From: Bacteroidia bacterium
Lineage (GTDB): Bacteria > Bacteroidota > Bacteroidia > UKL13-3
Direction: 5' to 3'
Assembly: GCA_018058135.1 (NCBI GenBank)
Contig: JAGPCK010000009.1
Coordinates: 2,843 to 66,842 of the forward strand
Length of the DNA: 64,000 nucleotides
Shown here: positions 44,160 to 55,711 of the stretch, in pieces
Position numbering within the stretch: the stretch's first letter is position 1
How the letters are laid out: each line of letters starts with the position of its first letter
Position numbers and translations under genes: made by a program
The notes under the pieces: generated by a model
Database searches by the model: none
What the model was told of the DNA's origin: nothing
Seen by the model: the letters and a program-made list of their open reading frames with translations, nothing else

Positions 44160-45369
44160 CTATACCGTTCAACTTCCGCTTTCTAAAAGTGTGCTCAACC
44201 GTGAGCTCATCATCAAACACCTGGCAGGTGATGATATTTCCGAAATATTACATCAGTTCAATAAAAAGGATATAGCCAATGATTCTCTAGTGTTGCACCG
44301 TGCATTAACAGGAGTTGATGAAACCAAGCAAGTGGAAGATGCCGGAACAGCATTGCGTTTTTTAACAGCAGCTTTTACACTCACTGCAAATCCCGTTCTG
44401 ATAACCGGAACAAAGCGCCTGCATGAAAGGCCTATAGAACCACTGATTAGTGCACTGCGTCAATGCGGGGCACAGATTAAATATACCAATAGGGAAGGTT
44501 TTGCTCCTTTACATATTTCACCTGCACATATGCGTGGGGGAGAAATAAATATACCGGCCAATATCAGCAGCCAGTTTGTTTCAGCTTTGTTGATGGCGGC
44601 CCCTTATTTTGAGCAAGGCTTGATACTTCATTTGAACGGAAACCAGGTTTCTGCTTCGTACACACAACTTACTGTAATGGTAATGTCTCGCTTTGGCGTG
44701 CAAGTGACACAAGAAAAAAATAAACTTGTAGTAAGCCCTCAGAAGTATAAAACAGGCATTCCGATCTCTGGAGAGCGCGATTGGTCCTCCGCTGTGTTTT
44801 GGTATATACTGGCTGCAGTGTTGCCTACGGAACAGCTCAGTTTTGCAGGCCTTCGTCTTAGTTCTGCACAAGGTGATGCAGCCGTTGCTATTATTATGAG
44901 AAATTTCGGAATCATAACTCAAGAAAATTCACAGGGACTGGTGTTATCGAGAGTAAAGTTACCACCCCCCACTAATTGGAAATATAACTTTAATTCAGCA
45001 CCAGATTTGGTGCCGGCCATGGCTGCATTGTGTGCAGTGAAAAAAGTAACTGCAGAATTACAGGGTGTGGCTCATTTGCGTATAAAAGAAAGTGACCGTA
45101 TTGAAGCTTTGCATAATGAATTATTTAAAGTGGGTTGTAGATTAAGTGTTACAGAACCCGACAAATTCACCTTATCCTATCCCAACAAACCTGTCATGGA
45201 TTTTTCAGACTTTAAAACTTACCAAGATCACCGTTTGGCTATGAGTTGGAGTGCTTTTACTGCATTGGCAGAAAGTGTTGTTATTCAGGATCCTGAGGTT
45301 GTTCAAAAGTCTTATCCGGCTTTTTGGCAGCAATTGCAGGAGGCAGGTTTTTTGTACAATGAACTCTGA
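44128..45369 (+). CDS. aroA: 3-phosphoshikimate 1-carboxyvinyltransferase (EPSP synthase)
   Basis: LPLSKSVLNRELII, DAGTALRFL and LRIKESDRI blocks. Overlaps the aroB 3' end. Confidence 0.9.
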   Translation: MRLTKPEHPLNYTVQLPLSKSVLNRELIIKHLAGDDISEILHQFNKKDIANDSLVLHRALTGVDETKQVEDAGTALRFLTAAFTLTANPVLITGTKRLHERPIEPLISALRQCGAQIKYTNREGFAPLHISPAHMRGGEINIPANISSQFVSALLMAAPYFEQGLILHLNGNQVSASYTQLTVMVMSRFGVQVTQEKNKLVVSPQKYKTGIPISGERDWSSAVFWYILAAVLPTEQLSFAGLRLSSAQGDAAVAIIMRNFGIITQENSQGLVLSRVKLPPPTNWKYNFNSAPDLVPAMAALCAVKKVTAELQGVAHLRIKESDRIEALHNELFKVGCRLSVTEPDKFTLSYPNKPVMDFSDFKTYQDHRLAMSWSAFTALAESVVIQDPEVVQKSYPAFWQQLQEAGFLYNEL

Positions 45370-45392
45370 TAGCGTATGTTTGTTTACAGTTT

Positions 45393-46475
45393 ATGGGTTC
45401 AAATTCATTTGGAAAAAATTTTACCGTTACCTCATTTGGTGAATCGCATGGTTCAGGTGTGGGGGTGGTTATTGATGGCTGCCCTGCCGGACTTGGTGTT
45501 GACGAGTCGTTTATTGCTGCTGAATTAAGCCGCAGAAAAACGGCACAAACTTCTTTTGCTTCATCTAGAAATGAAAAGGATGAGTTTCAAATTTTATCCG
45601 GAGTATTTGAAGGTAAGAGTACCGGAGCACCTATCACTATATTTATCCCGAATACAGATGCCCGGCCTAAAGATTATGAAACAATAAAAGATAAGTTTCG
45701 TCCATCGCATGCTGATTTTACTTATGAAACAAAATATGGTGTGCGTGACTATCGTGGTGGCGGACGCTCATCTGCTCGTATTACCGCAGGATGGGTTGCT
45801 GCCGGAGCCATTGCCAAGTTATTACTCATTAAACAGGGTATAAACATAAAGGCATATGTTTCGCAAATAGGAGAGATACAGCTGCAGAAAAAATATACTG
45901 AAGTCAACCTCAGTGAAACAGATAACAGTTTGGTGTGTTGTCCTGATAAAGAAACATCAACTCGCATGTCGGCTTATCTGGATGAAATAAAAACACAAGG
46001 AGATACCTGTGGCGGAGTGATTACAGGAGTAATTCTTAATACTACTGTTGGACTTGGTGAACCACTTTTCGATAAACTACAGGCTAATTTGGCCAAGGCT
46101 ATGCTGAGTTTAAATGCAGTAAAAGGCTTTGAGTACGGATCGGGTTTTGCCGCTGCTGCCATGAGGGGGTCAGAACATAATGATGCATTTATGTTTAAAG
46201 AGGGTAAAATAACAACCACGACAAATTTTTCCGGTGGCATACAAGGTGGTATATCAAACGGTAGCGACATCTACTTCAGGGTTGCATTTAAACCGGTTGC
46301 AACCATTATGCTTCCACAGGAGTCTGTTAACAATAAGGGGGAAGATGTGGTAATGCAATTAGGAGGCAGGCACGATGCCTGTGTGGTGCCAAGGGCTGTA
46401 CCTATTGTTGAAGCACTTTCAGCATTGGTTGTAGCAGATGCTTTTTTACTCAATAAACTCTCGAAATTGGAATAA
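45393..46475 (+). CDS. aroC: chorismate synthase
   Basis: FGESHG, RPSHADFTYE.KYG.RDYRGGGRSSAR and GGRHDACVVPRAVPI. Confidence 0.95.
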   Translation: MGSNSFGKNFTVTSFGESHGSGVGVVIDGCPAGLGVDESFIAAELSRRKTAQTSFASSRNEKDEFQILSGVFEGKSTGAPITIFIPNTDARPKDYETIKDKFRPSHADFTYETKYGVRDYRGGGRSSARITAGWVAAGAIAKLLLIKQGINIKAYVSQIGEIQLQKKYTEVNLSETDNSLVCCPDKETSTRMSAYLDEIKTQGDTCGGVITGVILNTTVGLGEPLFDKLQANLAKAMLSLNAVKGFEYGSGFAAAAMRGSEHNDAFMFKEGKITTTTNFSGGIQGGISNGSDIYFRVAFKPVATIMLPQESVNNKGEDVVMQLGGRHDACVVPRAVPIVEALSALVVADAFLLNKLSKLE

Positions 46476-46538
46476 CGTATTGAAAATCTGTATTTTTTTA
46501 ATTTATTAACTTGACTATTTTTGCTCGTTTTAAAATTT

Positions 46539-48413
46539 ATGATGAAGTATACATTAACACTTTTTTCCGCTTTAACGTTTACAGTTACCAGCTTGTTAGC
46601 GCAAGAAGCAAAAAATCCGCACCGTTGTTTAACCGATCATGTCTATGAACAACAGGTTGCCGCTAATCCGGCCATAAAACTGGAAGAGGAAAGGTTTACC
46701 AAGGAAGCACTAGCCAACGCTAATGTTAAATCAAAATCCAATGGTACAGTACGAATTATTCCCGTAGTTTTCCACGTTATTCATGTGAATGGAAGGGAGA
46801 ATATCTCCAAAGAACAGATTGATGACCAAATGCGAATTCTGAACGAAGATTTCAGATTACTCAACCCCAACAAAACTTCTATTGACCCAATGTTTGCTCC
46901 TCTTGCGGCTGATTGTGAAATTGAGTTTCGTTTAGCCAACAGGGACCCCAGCGGCAACTGCTTTGATGGAGTTAACCGGGTTTACTCGACACTTTCTACG
47001 AATGCCAGCGATAATGTAAAGTCTTTGGTTCCCTCTAACTGGAGAAACGGAAAGTACTTTAATATTTTTGTTGTAGCTCAGATTGAAGACCGTGACAATG
47101 ACCCGAACACTACAACGCTTGGATATGCACAGTTTCCATGGTCAGGAGCAGGGTCAACCCGCGGTGTAGTAATCAGGGCAGACTATGTAGGCACTATTGG
47201 TACCAGTTCCAAAGCAAAAGGAGGCCGCACACTTACCCATGAAGTAGGACATTGTTTTAGTTTGTTTCACACATTTCAGGATGGATGTTCCAGTTCCTTT
47301 CAGGGAGGTGATGCAGTTGGGGATACTCCACCAGCAGCAGATCAAAACTTTGGCAGTTGTTCGCCTTCCCGAAATACCTGTACCAATGACCCGGGTGGAG
47401 ATAAGCCGGATATGTTACAGAATTACATGGATTATACTGATGGTGATTGTCAGGCTCTTTTCACAATTGGGCAGCGCGATAGGATGAATACATCACTGTC
47501 TACCTATTATGCTACACTATACTCCGCTTCCAACCTTACCGCCACAGGTGTTCAGGGATATACAGTCCCTGCCAGCACGGCTATCCCTCCTGTAAATGAA
47601 GGATTTGAAAGTTTGGCCAATGGCTTTAACCTTACATCCAATTGGGAATTAGAAAATCTTGGCGGTAATGCCTATGGTTGGAGAGTTACGGACTCTGCCA
47701 GTTATAACGGACTTAAATGTATATACTTGCCTTCTTTTTACCACCCTTCTTCTTGGACCAGGTACACCTATAATTTTTATACTCCTTCAACCAACTATTC
47801 AGTAGTTAATAATCTGTATTTTAATTTTAATGTAGCCTATACCCAAAGAACAGCATCTTTTTCTGATACATTATCAGTATACGTTAGCAACAACTGCGGT
47901 TTGACTTGGGTGAATATTTTGAGAGTTGGTAGCGGACAATTAAACACTAGTGCAATACAAACGTCAGCGTTCTACCCTACATCAAAATCACAATGGAAAT
48001 CCTTTACACTTAATGCAACTCCTTATAAAACCAACAATGTAATGTTTAGGGTGGAGTTCACCTATCAAAGAGGGAACAATATTTTTATTGATGATATAAA
48101 TATTGGAAATGTAAAAGTAGGTACTGAGTTTGTAGAGCCTTTGTTGAATAATGTACAGGTATTTCCAAATCCTACTGCCGGTGATGCCGAAGTGCATTAC
48201 AATCTTATTTCACAACAAAATGTAAAGGCTGTTGTATACAACATGACAGGCATTGAAGTTGGTAACATTGATTTGGGAAACCAACAACCGGGTAAACAGG
48301 GGGTAAAACTTAGTGATATAATACATGGTGCGGTATTGCCTGAAGGCGTATATTTGATCCGCCTACAGGCAGGAGCACAACAACATATTTCTAAACTGTT
48401 GATTTCCAGATAA
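46539..48413 (+). CDS. M43-type (pappalysin/cytophagalysin-like) zinc metalloprotease with a T9SS C-terminal sorting domain
   Basis: HEVGHCFSLFHTF is the extended zinc motif, followed by NYMDYTDD-like NYMDYTDGDC. The C-terminus reads VQVFPNPTAGDAEVHY...GVYLIRLQAG...KLLISR. Confidence 0.85.
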   Translation: MMKYTLTLFSALTFTVTSLLAQEAKNPHRCLTDHVYEQQVAANPAIKLEEERFTKEALANANVKSKSNGTVRIIPVVFHVIHVNGRENISKEQIDDQMRILNEDFRLLNPNKTSIDPMFAPLAADCEIEFRLANRDPSGNCFDGVNRVYSTLSTNASDNVKSLVPSNWRNGKYFNIFVVAQIEDRDNDPNTTTLGYAQFPWSGAGSTRGVVIRADYVGTIGTSSKAKGGRTLTHEVGHCFSLFHTFQDGCSSSFQGGDAVGDTPPAADQNFGSCSPSRNTCTNDPGGDKPDMLQNYMDYTDGDCQALFTIGQRDRMNTSLSTYYATLYSASNLTATGVQGYTVPASTAIPPVNEGFESLANGFNLTSNWELENLGGNAYGWRVTDSASYNGLKCIYLPSFYHPSSWTRYTYNFYTPSTNYSVVNNLYFNFNVAYTQRTASFSDTLSVYVSNNCGLTWVNILRVGSGQLNTSAIQTSAFYPTSKSQWKSFTLNATPYKTNNVMFRVEFTYQRGNNIFIDDINIGNVKVGTEFVEPLLNNVQVFPNPTAGDAEVHYNLISQQNVKAVVYNMTGIEVGNIDLGNQQPGKQGVKLSDIIHGAVLPEGVYLIRLQAGAQQHISKLLISR

Positions 48414-48512
48414 GAAGTAGAGGTGCTTTAACCTATTTTTTAAAATTTACAAGTTGGGTAAATAAACAAATACTGTTTATTTGCCCTTTTTAGTTTTAAT
48501 AACATAAACCGA

Positions 48513-50951
48513 ATGGCCAAAAATTTAGTGATTGTTGAGTCGCCTGCAAAGGCAAAAACCATAGAGAAGTTTCTTGGTAAGGACTTTACTGTAAAGTCAT
48601 GCTACGGCCATATTCGCGACTTGGCAAAAGGCGATAGTGCTATTGATATTAAGAACAATTTTCTACCTTCTTATGAAGTTGATCCGGAGAAGAAGCAGTT
48701 GGTAAAAGAACTGAAAAAACTGGCAGATGATAGTGACCTGATTTGGCTGGCATCGGACGAGGACCGTGAAGGAGAGGCCATATCCTGGCATTTGAGTCAG
48801 GTGCTTGAGTTAAAAGAGTCAAAAACCCGCAGAATTGTTTTTCATGAAATTACCAAGCCGGCCATTTTAAAAGCCATTGATAACCCACGCAGTATTGATA
48901 TGCATTTGGTTAATGCACAACAGGCCCGCAGGGTGCTGGATCGTCTGGTGGGTTTTGAAATATCTCCTATACTTTGGAAAAAAGTAAAGCCAAGCCTTTC
49001 AGCCGGTCGTGTGCAATCTGTTGCGGTACGATTGATTGTGGAACGCGAAAGGGAAATACAAAATTTCAATACCGTTTTCAGCTACAAAGTGACAGCAGAG
49101 TTTTTGTTAACTGACGGTTCAGGTAAGAAATTAAAAGCTGAGTTACCTAAACGCTTCAATAATTTTGAAGATGCACGCATCTTGCTGGAGAAATGTAAAG
49201 GGGCAGTATACAACATCAAAAATCTGGAGACAAAACCGGGGAAAAAATCACCCGCTCCACCTTTTACCACATCTACATTGCAACAAGAAGCCAGTCGTAA
49301 ACTTGGTTTTTCTGTGTCGCAAACCATGACCATTGCGCAGAAGTTATATGAGGCGGGTTTAATTACCTACATGCGTACTGATTCAGTGAACCTTTCAGAG
49401 TTAGCCATTGATGCTTCACGAAAAGAAATTCAGTCGCATTACGGGCCTGATTTTGCACAAACAAGAAGATATACCACCAAATCATCGGGTGCTCAGGAAG
49501 CACACGAAGCCATACGTCCAACGTATTTTGAAAATCACACCATTGATGGAGATTCAGGTGCTAAGCGTTTGTATGACCTTATATGGAAGCGCACAGTAGC
49601 TTCACAAATGGCGGATGCACAACTGGAAAAAACAGTGGCGACAATCAGTATTTCCACCACATCAGAAGAGTTTGTAGCAACTGGTGAAGTCCTCAAATTT
49701 GAAGGTTTTTTGAAAGCATACATGGAGTCGAAAGATGATGACAATGCTGATGAAGAAAGTGCCGGTATGTTGCCACCGCTCAAAGTAGGAGACAAGTTGA
49801 ATTTGGAAGAGATGACCGCCATACAGAAATTTTCCCGTCCTGCTCCGCGTTACACCGAAGCCAGTCTGGTGAAAAAATTGGAAGAACTTGGTATTGGCCG
49901 TCCTTCAACGTATGCACCAACTATTTCTACTATTCAAAAGAGAGGATATGTAGTAAAAGAAGATCGCGAGGGAAAGGAACGCACGTTTCAACAACTAACT
50001 CTGAAAAAAGAAACCATTACTGAAGAAGTAAAGACAGAAGTATACGGTTCAGAAAAGTCAAAACTCTTCCCGAGTGACATAGGTTCAGTAGTGAATGATT
50101 TTTTGGTGAAACATTTTGATGCCATAATGGATTATCATTTTACGGCCAAAGTTGAGAAAGAGTTTGACGAGATTGCACAAGGTCAGCTTCAATGGAATCG
50201 TATGATTGAGGAGTTCTATGGTCCCTTTCATTCTATAGTAGAGAAAACAACAGAAACAGCCGAGAAACAAACAGGTGAGCGCTTGCTAGGAAAACATCCT
50301 GAAAGCGGAAAAAATGTGTACGTAAAAATTGGACGTTACGGACCATTGGCACAAATCGGGGAAAATGCTACCGAGGATGAAAAGCCGCAGTATGCAGGTT
50401 TACGTGGTACACAAACCATCGAAACTATTTCTCTGGAAGAGGCAATTGATTTGTTTAAACTTCCACGAATTGCAGGTCAGTTCGAAGATAAAGACATCAA
50501 AGTATCTATCGGTAAATTTGGCCCGTATTTACTTCATGATAATAAATTTGTGTCTTTACCTAAAACGGATGATCCTTATGAGGTAAATGAACAACGTGCA
50601 ATCGAACTTATTGAAGCCAAACGAAAATCGGATGCAGAGAAACTAATTGCTACATATAACTCAGGTGAACACACCATTCAGCTGCTGAATGGCCGCTGGG
50701 GACCTTACATAAGTGTTGGTAAACAAAATTTCAAAATTCCAAAAGGTACAGAAGCAAAGAATCTTACTCTGGAAGAGTGTATGGAGCTTATACAGAAACA
50801 GGGAGGAATAAAAGAAGAGAAAAAGGCGGTGAAAGCGGCAGCTAAAAAGACTGCTCCCAAAAAATCGGCTGTGAAAAAAGCTACCGCCAAAAAGAGCCCC
50901 GCCAAAAAGACCGCAACAAAAAAAGCAGCTGCGAAAACAACTAAAAAATAA
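48513..50951 (+). CDS. topA: DNA topoisomerase I
   Basis: The TOPRIM start LVIVESPAKAKTIEKFLG, DEDREGEAISWH, and active-site region ITYMRTDS. The C-terminal tail is Lys/Ala-rich. Confidence 0.95.
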   Translation: MAKNLVIVESPAKAKTIEKFLGKDFTVKSCYGHIRDLAKGDSAIDIKNNFLPSYEVDPEKKQLVKELKKLADDSDLIWLASDEDREGEAISWHLSQVLELKESKTRRIVFHEITKPAILKAIDNPRSIDMHLVNAQQARRVLDRLVGFEISPILWKKVKPSLSAGRVQSVAVRLIVEREREIQNFNTVFSYKVTAEFLLTDGSGKKLKAELPKRFNNFEDARILLEKCKGAVYNIKNLETKPGKKSPAPPFTTSTLQQEASRKLGFSVSQTMTIAQKLYEAGLITYMRTDSVNLSELAIDASRKEIQSHYGPDFAQTRRYTTKSSGAQEAHEAIRPTYFENHTIDGDSGAKRLYDLIWKRTVASQMADAQLEKTVATISISTTSEEFVATGEVLKFEGFLKAYMESKDDDNADEESAGMLPPLKVGDKLNLEEMTAIQKFSRPAPRYTEASLVKKLEELGIGRPSTYAPTISTIQKRGYVVKEDREGKERTFQQLTLKKETITEEVKTEVYGSEKSKLFPSDIGSVVNDFLVKHFDAIMDYHFTAKVEKEFDEIAQGQLQWNRMIEEFYGPFHSIVEKTTETAEKQTGERLLGKHPESGKNVYVKIGRYGPLAQIGENATEDEKPQYAGLRGTQTIETISLEEAIDLFKLPRIAGQFEDKDIKVSIGKFGPYLLHDNKFVSLPKTDDPYEVNEQRAIELIEAKRKSDAEKLIATYNSGEHTIQLLNGRWGPYISVGKQNFKIPKGTEAKNLTLEECMELIQKQGGIKEEKKAVKAAAKKTAPKKSAVKKATAKKSPAKKTATKKAAAKTTKK

Positions 50952-50975
50952 GATTACTGTTTCTTTACAGCGTAC

Positions 50976-51941
50976 ATGATTAACGAGAACGAATTACAAT
51001 CACTTCTAACGCTACTCGATGATACCGACAGAGAAGTAGTAGAGCATGTAGAACAACGCATTCTGTCTTTCGGAGAAGAAGTAATTCCGATGTTGGAGAA
51101 TCAATGGCAGATTAATTACAATGAGGTATTACAACACCGTCTTGAACGCCTTATTCAACGCATAAGATTTGACGGTCTGGTAGCCGATTTGAAAAAATGG
51201 CATTTAAGCGAATTTCCTGATTTGCTGGAAGGGGTGTGGTTAATTGCACGTTACCGCTACCCGTCACTTAAGTTAGATGATGTGGAAGCAGAGATTGATC
51301 GCATTAAGCTGGATGTATGGCTCGAAATGCATAACGTGCTTAGCGCATTGGAAAAAGTTCGTGTAATTAATCATGTAATATACAGTGTGCATGGTTTTAA
51401 AGGCAATACTAAAAATTACCATGCTCCTCAAAATTCGTTTATCAATGATGTGATAGCATCCAGAAGCGGTAACCATATTGGTATGAGTATTGTTTATGCT
51501 CTTGTGGCACAACGTCTTAACTTACCCGTTTACGGCATTAATTTACCCAATCACTTTCTGTTGTGTTATAAAGAGGAGAATGATAACTGGCATTATGAGC
51601 AGGAATCGTTTAATACCAAACATGAGTTAGATTATAAGCAGGGAGATGTGCTGTTTTACATTAATGCATTTAATAACGGCATATTACTTACACGCAAAAA
51701 CCTAGATCAGTTCTTGAAACAAATGCATCTTGAAAATAAGCAGGAGTATTTCGAGCCTTGTTCTAATATTGATATTGTGAAACGCGTTTTACGTAACCTG
51801 TTTCATGCATACGATGATTTGAATGATGAAACACGATGCGATGAAGTTAATTTATTGTTTAGCGCTTTGGATGAGTTGCCCATGCAACGTCAGCCTAAAG
51901 AACCTGATGCAGCAAACGATGAAGGCGATGCAGAGGAGTAA
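50976..51941 (+). CDS. transglutaminase-like / SirB1 (UPF0162) family protein
   Basis: SRSGNHIGMSIVYALVAQRLNLPVYGINLPNHFLL is the conserved core. Confidence 0.65.
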   Translation: MINENELQSLLTLLDDTDREVVEHVEQRILSFGEEVIPMLENQWQINYNEVLQHRLERLIQRIRFDGLVADLKKWHLSEFPDLLEGVWLIARYRYPSLKLDDVEAEIDRIKLDVWLEMHNVLSALEKVRVINHVIYSVHGFKGNTKNYHAPQNSFINDVIASRSGNHIGMSIVYALVAQRLNLPVYGINLPNHFLLCYKEENDNWHYEQESFNTKHELDYKQGDVLFYINAFNNGILLTRKNLDQFLKQMHLENKQEYFEPCSNIDIVKRVLRNLFHAYDDLNDETRCDEVNLLFSALDELPMQRQPKEPDAANDEGDAEE

Positions 51942-51991
51942 ATGAGTTTCAACCCATCTTCCCGCACAGCGGGTTTCAAACCCAGTATTTT

Positions 51992-52393
51992 TTATTCAAC
52001 GGTTCCGAACAACTCCATCAACTTTTCTTTCTTAAGTGGTTTAGAAATGAAGTCAATTACGTGCGGGTCACTTTTGGCTTTATCCATGTCACGTTGATCT
52101 ACGGAGGAAGAAAGAATATAAATATCAAATTGCTCTACTACAGCGAGGTTCATTTGTTTCAGTTCTGCTAAAAACTCCCAACCATTCAGTACCGGCATAT
52201 TAATATCAAGCAAAAGTGTTGTTTTTTCAGTATCTTCTCTGGGATAGTTAGTCGTGATGTAGGCAAGAGCATCCACAGGTTTTTCAAAAGCAGTAATCTG
52301 TGAATTTTTGTAAGTGTTTTTGAGTGTAATGTTACAAATGAAATTATTCATGTGGTCATCATCTACAATCATAAAATGTCGATGGTTATTCAT
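51992..52393 (-). CDS. stand-alone response-regulator receiver domain protein
   Basis: MIVDDD..., LLLDINMPVLNGWEFL and SKPL. Confidence 0.85.
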   Translation of the reverse strand: MNNHRHFMIVDDDHMNNFICNITLKNTYKNSQITAFEKPVDALAYITTNYPREDTEKTTLLLDINMPVLNGWEFLAELKQMNLAVVEQFDIYILSSSVDQRDMDKAKSDPHVIDFISKPLKKEKLMELFGTVE

Positions 52394-52696
52394 GTTCTAA
52401 TTTTATTACTGGATTTATTAGCTTGAGGTTCTCTATATCCATTTTACTATTTATTATTCTGAAATATCGCCAAATTCTAACTCTATTCATTTTGAAAAAT
52501 TTCTAAGATCAAAAATAAGTTTGGTGTTCAAACTCAAGTGAATATTGACAAGATGGGTAAAGGAAATTTGCAAGATGTCGTGCATCTATAGTTTTATTTT
52601 CCTGTATGATGAAATTTATATGCATAAGATAGATATTATCATTGGTTTATGATGTAAATGTCGTGTTTATTGTGGAAAAAGAAAATAAAAATGCTG

Positions 52697-52728
52697 CAAA
52701 AAAGCCCGCTTTATAGCGGGCTTTTTTG
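52697..52728. terminator. bidirectional rho-independent terminator downstream of accC
   Basis: AAAAAAGCCCGC-TTTATA-GCGGGCTTTTTT, a perfect GC stem flanked by an A-run and a T-run. Confidence 0.8.
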
Positions 52729-52746
52729 CAGAAATAAAATGTCTAT

Positions 52747-54093
52747 CTATTTATTTATATCAAAAGTATTCATGAAGGCAGTTGTGAAGTTGCCGCTTTT
52801 GAAATCTTCATTTTGCATAAGTTTCATTTGTAAAGGTATGGTAGTGTGCAGTCCAGGACCTTCAATTATAAACTCACTGAGGGCACGTTCCATTTTTATA
52901 ATGGCCTCTTCGCGGGTTTGGGCACACACAATCAACTTAGCCACCATAGAGTCATAGTTGGAAGGAATAGTGTAACCAGCATAGATGTGGGTATCAACAC
53001 GTACACCATGTCCTCCCGGTTTGTGCAGGTTCACAATTTTTCCGGGTGTAGGGCGAAAGTTATTGAAAGGGTCTTCAGCGTTTATGCGGCACTCAATAGC
53101 ATGCTTAATAGGGTAGTGATTTTTACCACTGATAGGTATGCCTGCAGCAATAAGAATCTGTTCTTTCACCAAATCATAATTTATTACTTCTTCGGTTACC
53201 GGATGCTCCACTTGAATGCGGGTATTCATTTCCATAAAGTAGAAGTTGCGGTGTTTGTCCACCAGAAACTCTACTGTACCCAATCCTTCATATTTAATAG
53301 CTTCAGCCGCAGCAATGGCAGCATTGCCCATTTTCTCCCGCAATTCAGGGGTAACAAATGGAGAAGGGGCCTCTTCCACTAATTTTTGATGTCTACGCTG
53401 TATGGAACAATCGCGCTCACTCAGGTGGCATACTTTGCCGTATTGGTCACCGGCTACCTGTATCTCAATGTGGCGAGGCTCTTCAATGTACTTTTCCAGG
53501 TATACACCAGCGTTTCCAAAGGCAGCCCCTGCTTCTTGTGTGGCTGAATCCCAGGCAGCTTCAAATTCTTCTGACTTCCATATGATTCGCATACCTCTGC
53601 CACCACCACCGGCAGTAGCCTTTAGTATTACAGGGTAACCAATTTTTTCAGCAATGCCCACACCTTCTTTTACGTCTTTCAATAAGCCATCAGAGCCCGG
53701 TATGGTTGGTACACCGGCTTTTTTCATGGTATCTTTGGCGTTACTTTTATCGCCCATAGAATTAATTTGCTCAGGTGTAGCACCGATAAATTTAATTCCG
53801 TGGTCGCGGCAAATTTCAGAGAACTTGGCGTTTTCTGACAGGAAACCATAACCCGGATGAATGGCATCGGCATTGGTAATTTCAGCAGCGGCAATAATAT
53901 TGGCCATGCTCAGATAGCTTTGCTGACTTGGAGGCGGGCCTATGCACACGGCCTCATCGGCAAAACGCACGTGTAAACTTTCTTTATCAGCAGTAGAGTA
54001 AACGGCAACAGTCTTAATGCCCATTTCTTTACAAGTGCGAATGATACGCAGGGCAATTTCTCCGCGGTTAGCAATCAGTATTTTTTTGAACAT
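52747..54093 (-). CDS. accC: acetyl-CoA carboxylase, biotin carboxylase subunit
   Basis: [27 protein letters not shown] and [14 protein letters not shown]. Confidence 0.95.
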   Translation of the reverse strand: MFKKILIANRGEIALRIIRTCKEMGIKTVAVYSTADKESLHVRFADEAVCIGPPPSQQSYLSMANIIAAAEITNADAIHPGYGFLSENAKFSEICRDHGIKFIGATPEQINSMGDKSNAKDTMKKAGVPTIPGSDGLLKDVKEGVGIAEKIGYPVILKATAGGGGRGMRIIWKSEEFEAAWDSATQEAGAAFGNAGVYLEKYIEEPRHIEIQVAGDQYGKVCHLSERDCSIQRRHQKLVEEAPSPFVTPELREKMGNAAIAAAEAIKYEGLGTVEFLVDKHRNFYFMEMNTRIQVEHPVTEEVINYDLVKEQILIAAGIPISGKNHYPIKHAIECRINAEDPFNNFRPTPGKIVNLHKPGGHGVRVDTHIYAGYTIPSNYDSMVAKLIVCAQTREEAIIKMERALSEFIIEGPGLHTTIPLQMKLMQNEDFKSGNFTTAFMNTFDINK

Positions 54094-54159
54094 AAAATAA
54101 TTTACGTTAAATGAACGGTTAAAGGTTGCCTGTAGTAAACAGGTGGCAGATCAACCGGT

Positions 54160-54633
54160 TTATGCAGGTTCAACCAAAAATAAAGGCTGATCATATTCTA
54201 CCGGAGATGCATTGTTCACCAGTATTTTTACAATCCGTCCTGATACCTCTGATTCAATCTCATTGAACAATTTCATGGCTTCAATGATACATACCACTTT
54301 GCCTGCTTTTATTTCATCTCCTACATTTACAAAAACGGGTTTGTCGGGTGAAGGAGAAGAATAATACGTTCCAATCATGGGTGATTTAATGGTAATCAGA
54401 TTGGTTGGTGTATGAGCGGGTTCAGCAGGTGCAGCAACAATTTGAGGTGCAGCAGGAGCAACGGGTTGTGCAACAGGAGCTACAGGTATTTGCATTACAG
54501 GAGCGGCAGTATGAATAACGCCTTCTCCGGTTTTCTTAATAGCAATCTTGAAATCTCCTTTTTCCACTTCCACTTCACTCACTCCGTAGTCGGCTACCAG
54601 TTTAATGAGTTCTTTAATCTCTTTTAATTCCAT
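54160..54633 (-). CDS. accB: biotin carboxyl carrier protein
   Basis: Pro/Ala-rich linker followed by the biotinylation motif [13 protein letters not shown]. Confidence 0.95.
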   Translation of the reverse strand: MELKEIKELIKLVADYGVSEVEVEKGDFKIAIKKTGEGVIHTAAPVMQIPVAPVAQPVAPAAPQIVAAPAEPAHTPTNLITIKSPMIGTYYSSPSPDKPVFVNVGDEIKAGKVVCIIEAMKLFNEIESEVSGRIVKILVNNASPVEYDQPLFLVEPA

Positions 54634-54712
54634 GATATTAATGTCTGTTTAGAAATTTAAAGGTATGTAAATTTGATTTGTTTGAGCAAATAAAAACAAA
54701 ATTTGTGGAGAA

Positions 54713-55711
54713 TTACTTGCTGTCGTAAGCCCAGCGAATGTACACAGAACCCCAGGTGAATCCTCCGCCAAAAGCAGAAAGCACAAGGTTATCGCCTTTT
54801 TTCAGTTTATTCTCCCACTCCCAAAGTAACAGGGGTAAGGTGCCGTTGGTAGTATTGCCAAAACGGTCAATATTAATCATTATTTTATCGCGGCCAATGC
54901 CCATGCGCTCAGCTGTTGCGTCAATAATGCGAAGGTTAGCCTGGTGTGGTACCAGCCAATCAACATTTTCCGCAGTCAACTGATTGCGTTCCATTATTTC
55001 GTAAGATACCTGAGCCATGTTGGTTACGGCAAATTTGAATACCGTTTTACCATCCTGATAAACAAAATGTTCCCGGGCATCAATAGTTTCATGTGTAGGT
55101 GGCTTAACAGAACCTCCTGCTTTTTGATGCAGGTAGTGGCGTCCGGCTCCGTCAATGTGAAGTATAGAGTCTACAATACCCATTCCTTCTGTATCCGGTT
55201 CCAGCAACACACAACCTAATCCGTCTCCGAAAATGATGCAGGTATTGCGGTCGGTATAATCGATGATGGAGCTCATTTTATCTCCACCAATAACCAATAC
55301 ATTTTTGTATTTCCCTGATTCAATGAATTTCGAACCGGTTTCTAACCCGAACAAAAAACCTGAACAGGCTGCTGAAAGATCAAATCCCCAGGCATTTTTA
55401 GCGCCAATTTTATCGGCTACCACACATGCAGTGGACGGGAAAATCATGTCACCTGTAACGGTGGCACAAATTATTACTTCTATATCATTTGCGGTAATTC
55501 CGCGTTTGCGCAAAAGTTCTTCAACAGCCGGTACGGCCATATCTGATAAACCTTTGTTTTCACCTTTTAATATTCTCCGCTCTTTAATGCCCGTTCGGGT
55601 CATTATCCATTCGTCAGAGGTTTCTACCATTTTTTCCAAGTCAGCGTTGGACAACACATCAGGGGGCACATAGCCTCCTACAGCGGTAATGGCAGCGGTT
55701 ATTTTACTCAT
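54713..55711 (-). CDS. fabH: 3-oxoacyl-ACP synthase III
   Basis: AACSGF with the active-site Cys, PHQAN and GNTTNGTLP. Confidence 0.95.
   Translation of the reverse strand: MSKITAAITAVGGYVPPDVLSNADLEKMVETSDEWIMTRTGIKERRILKGENKGLSDMAVPAVEELLRKRGITANDIEVIICATVTGDMIFPSTACVVADKIGAKNAWGFDLSAACSGFLFGLETGSKFIESGKYKNVLVIGGDKMSSIIDYTDRNTCIIFGDGLGCVLLEPDTEGMGIVDSILHIDGAGRHYLHQKAGGSVKPPTHETIDAREHFVYQDGKTVFKFAVTNMAQVSYEIMERNQLTAENVDWLVPHQANLRIIDATAERMGIGRDKIMINIDRFGNTTNGTLPLLLWEWENKLKKGDNLVLSAFGGGFTWGSVYIRWAYDSK

Noticed and set aside
50790-50951. Lys/Ala-rich C-terminal tail of TopA (KKAVKAAAKKTAPKKSAVKKATAKKSPAKKTATKKAAAKTTKK) considered as an unusual feature.
   Set aside because: Histone-H1-like basic tails on topoisomerase I and other DNA-binding proteins are a known feature in several bacterial lineages. 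It is not novel, only noted.
52846-53851. Several + strand ORFs (65-178 aa) antisense to accC. The same applies to antisense ORFs inside fabH, plsX, pdxA, topA, aroC and the radical SAM genes.
   Set aside because: All lie within strongly supported conserved genes on the opposite strand and have no recognisable motifs. They are typical shadow ORFs.
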